From NCBI GenBank assembly GCA_044892525.1, contig CM097887.1:140904397-140968396 (forward strand): 64,000 bases of DNA. The letters are read 5' to 3'. The notes beneath the pieces were generated by a model. The model was not told where the DNA came from and did no database searches. It was given only the letters and a program-made list of their open reading frames with translations. A program made the position numbers and the translations under genes. Source of the DNA: Schmidtea polychroa. Taxonomy: Eukaryota. Positions within the stretch are counted from its first letter, which is position 1. Each line of letters opens with the position of its first letter. Shown here in pieces: positions 61,448-64,000 of the stretch.

Positions 61448-61807
61448 CCCTTAAATGCATGATTTTTTGTATTGCATTAAAAAAAATGTTAAAATATTAT
61501 AAAAACATACCGTATATACTCGCGTATAAATCGAGAAATTTACGTCAAATTTTCAAGTCAAAATAGCCACTTCGACTTATACGCGGGTCAAAAAACGTAC
61601 AAATTAATTTTTAATAAAATCATTAAACCATTTTTTATTTTTGTTACTTCGATTTATACACGGGTTTCCAATTTAGGACTTAAAAACCTCTTAAAATTTA
61701 CTCGACTTATACGCGAGTATATACGGTAGATTTTATTTTTATTTTCATTTGAATCCATATTTAAATATTTGGTACGATGGACATTTCCATCACAATGCAT
61801 TTAAGGG
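61448..61807. mobile_element. piggyBac-type MITE
   Basis: TTAA|CCCTTAAATGCAT ... ATGCATTTAAGGG|TTAA. Confidence 0.85.
61510..61726. mobile_element. Tc1/mariner (pogo/Tc2-like) MITE nested in the piggyBac MITE
   Basis: Perfect 20-bp TIR CCGTATATACTCGCGTATAA with TA on both sides, plus internal TCGA(C/T)TTATAC(G/A)CG repeats. Confidence 0.9.
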
Positions 61808-61982
61808 TTAAATAATATAATACTTTAAAAGATATCACTGAAAAAAATTTATTTATGTGTGCGTTTGCAATCGTTTTCCTATTGGCTGATAGAAAATTTC
61901 TACAAATCTCAGATAAATATGCGCCGGATTCAGTAACAGCTTATTTCGCTTGCAATTACATTGTAGTCATTAAAATCGACCT

Positions 61983-63179
61983 GTGATTTTAAATTGGATG
62001 CTTTTCAAACATATTACTTCCGCAAAGGTTTTGTTAATAAGCCTAATGACAATCATGGTTGTCATCATGTTAGGGTACATGATTTTACAAAAAAATAATG
62101 AATCTCACAATTCTCAGTTCAATGGGCTAACAAATCTGCAGCTTATGAAGCTAGATAAGCTTCTCTCATCTCATGAACAAGCAGCTCTAATTCGACAAAT
62201 CGTTAATGATTCATTGCAAAGAATTCTCGAGGTGCAAAACAATATGATGTCAATAATCTCTCCAATCAAACAAATTGTCAATATTTCCACAAATGAAAAT
62301 GCAAATAATAAATATAAAAAAAAACTCGATTCGAATATATTGCAAAGATTTTTTCATCAAGCTCCAGTAATGAGTCAAAATCATTCGGCAAGAAATTCAG
62401 AATTAAAACCCTTTCAAGTTCAAATGACACTAGAAGAGCGATCTAAAATGTATGAATTGTTAGAAGTTTTCGATAAAAAAATGAAAGAACATAATATTAC
62501 ATATTTCATGTATTCAGGAACACTATTGGGATCTTATCGGCACCATGATCTCATTCCATGGGATGATGATTTGGATTTAATATTATCAGTTGATAACCAT
62601 AAAAACATGGAGACAATTTTCAAATCTCTTGAACCGGATTATATATTATATCGAGCTGGGGGCCATGATAAATTTTATCACAAATCGGCAAAAAAAGCCA
62701 GCGGTTACAATTGGCTATGGCCATATTTAGATATAAGTTACTATGAAGTAAATGGGACTTTCATTAAAGATTGGGTGCAAACATATGGTAAATGGAATTA
62801 CTTTCCAATAGAAATAGTCTTTCCATTGCACAATCGACCTTTATTGCATTTATCACTCCCAGCACCAAAAGACACATTTGCATTTTTGGCTTGGTCTTAT
62901 GATTATGGCTCAGAATGCGTGATGTTTGGTTATTCTCACATGGTGGAAGGAGGCGGACCAAGTGGTCAAACAGAATGCAGTTCATTGGCCGATAAATTCC
63001 CATTTGTTGAACATCTTCCAGACGCCAACGGAGTCAGAGAAGTGCTTAAATATAAAGACATGGAAATCACTGATATCGTTTTGCCAGAACCGCAATATGC
63101 CGTTTCTGAAACTTTTAAACTTTCTCTGAAGCCAGGTTACACAATGCCTAGTCAAATTACCCCTCCTCCTCCAGTTTAA
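61983..63179 (+). CDS. LicD/fukutin-family enzyme, copy 2 (first ATG is GTG here, so the start is probably the next Met at about 61998)
   Basis: About 31 substitutions plus 1 extra Pro relative to copy 1 (hand count). Motif YSGTLLGSYRH..LIPWDDDLDL is intact. Confidence 0.92.
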   Translation: MILNWMLFKHITSAKVLLISLMTIMVVIMLGYMILQKNNESHNSQFNGLTNLQLMKLDKLLSSHEQAALIRQIVNDSLQRILEVQNNMMSIISPIKQIVNISTNENANNKYKKKLDSNILQRFFHQAPVMSQNHSARNSELKPFQVQMTLEERSKMYELLEVFDKKMKEHNITYFMYSGTLLGSYRHHDLIPWDDDLDLILSVDNHKNMETIFKSLEPDYILYRAGGHDKFYHKSAKKASGYNWLWPYLDISYYEVNGTFIKDWVQTYGKWNYFPIEIVFPLHNRPLLHLSLPAPKDTFAFLAWSYDYGSECVMFGYSHMVEGGGPSGQTECSSLADKFPFVEHLPDANGVREVLKYKDMEITDIVLPEPQYAVSETFKLSLKPGYTMPSQITPPPPV

Positions 63180-63359
63180 GTGAGAGAGAAATAAAAAAAT
63201 CATTTCTTTTTAATTTTTTTGCTTATAAATATTTATTTTAAAAATTACAAATAAATTTTCAACATGACTTTTTCTTTATACAATTTATTAAATTATTGAT
63301 TTTATTACGTTGTTTTTTTCTATTTAACACAAATTTGATCTATAGCTCTAATGAAAATA

Positions 63360-63546
63360 NNNNNNNNNNNNNNNNNNNNNNNNNNNNNNNNNNNNNNNNN
63401 NNNNNNNNNNNNNNNNNNNNNNNNNNNNNNNNNNNNNNNNNNNNNNNNNNNNNNNNNNNNNNNNNNNNNNNNNNNNNNNNNNNNNNNNNNNNNNNNNNNN
63501 NNNNNNNNNNNNNNNNNNNNNNNNNNNNNNNNNNNNNNNNNNNNNN
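63360..63546. other. Assembly gap (N run)
   Basis: Run of Ns in the sequence. Confidence 1.
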
Positions 63547-64000
63547 ACAATTTTGTTTTTCGTCTTTATAAATCTGAAAATCTGAACTAATTAATGAGTT
63601 TCATTTTTAAATAATTGTTTTGCTTTATTGTTTTTCTTCTATTTTTCCCTTTCTTGCACCAAACTCCTGCGATAAGTAAAAATGTTCTATTTCCAATTTT
63701 TCCCTGTTACCCACCAGGGGCGGACTAAGACCTGGGCAACCTAGGCAACCTAGGCACGTGCCTGTTATTTTTGGGGCCCGAAAATTAGGTTTTTAATTTT
63801 TATTATTAATTTTTATTTAACAGAAAAACGTGATATTCATAATTGTTACTGAAATGTATCCAAATTATGCCGATTCGTTGATTGATAAAGTCGATAAGTG
63901 TAGACGGGAGTTCCCATGCTTATGCATCCACGCCCGCGAGTGTCGATGTGTGTAAATACGATCGAGCCTTTACAATGAAAGTGTTTAAAAAATCAAACGT

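Larger units (their letters stand above)
61255..63359 (+). repeat. Second copy of the LicD segmental duplication unit (first copy about 52672-54845)
   Basis: Homology begins at GATCCAA(AA)GACA and continues through the promoter, CDS and 3'UTR up to the N gap. Confidence 0.88.

Overview
AT-rich eukaryotic (animal) genomic DNA, not prokaryotic. It contains a FUBI-eS30 fusion gene, many 40-50 nt GT-AG introns alongside multi-kb introns, (ATT)n microsatellites and dense transposon debris. The overall style is compatible with a planarian-like invertebrate, which is inference only. Host genes are FAU (ubiquitin-like-S30), NOP2 (5 coding exons inferred), a TOM1-family VHS-GAT gene spread over about 12.7 kb, and two tandem intronless LicD/fukutin-family genes (about 92% identical). 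Mobile DNA includes several Ty3/Gypsy fragments (one LTR seen twice), an RLE-type non-LTR RT, Penelope, Helitron, mariner and hAT remnants, MITEs with clear TIRs/TSDs, and Maverick/Polinton fragments (integrase-chromodomain, penton-like, major capsid C-terminus, plus a neighbouring TBP-like ORF). The most unusual signals are: (1) a cassette of small unannotated ORFs (A, B, C) present as three highly diverged copies at about 7.1-8.7, 30.8-32.1 and 55.2-56.3 kb, conserved at protein level, with a conserved splice acceptor in front of ORF-B; (2) a Gypsy integrase fused in frame to a signal-peptide / FN3-like / transmembrane env-like protein; (3) a NOP2 intron made almost entirely of a 14-bp satellite that resembles its own splice junction. 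All alignments were done by eye and no database searches were run. Two N-gaps flank the LicD region.
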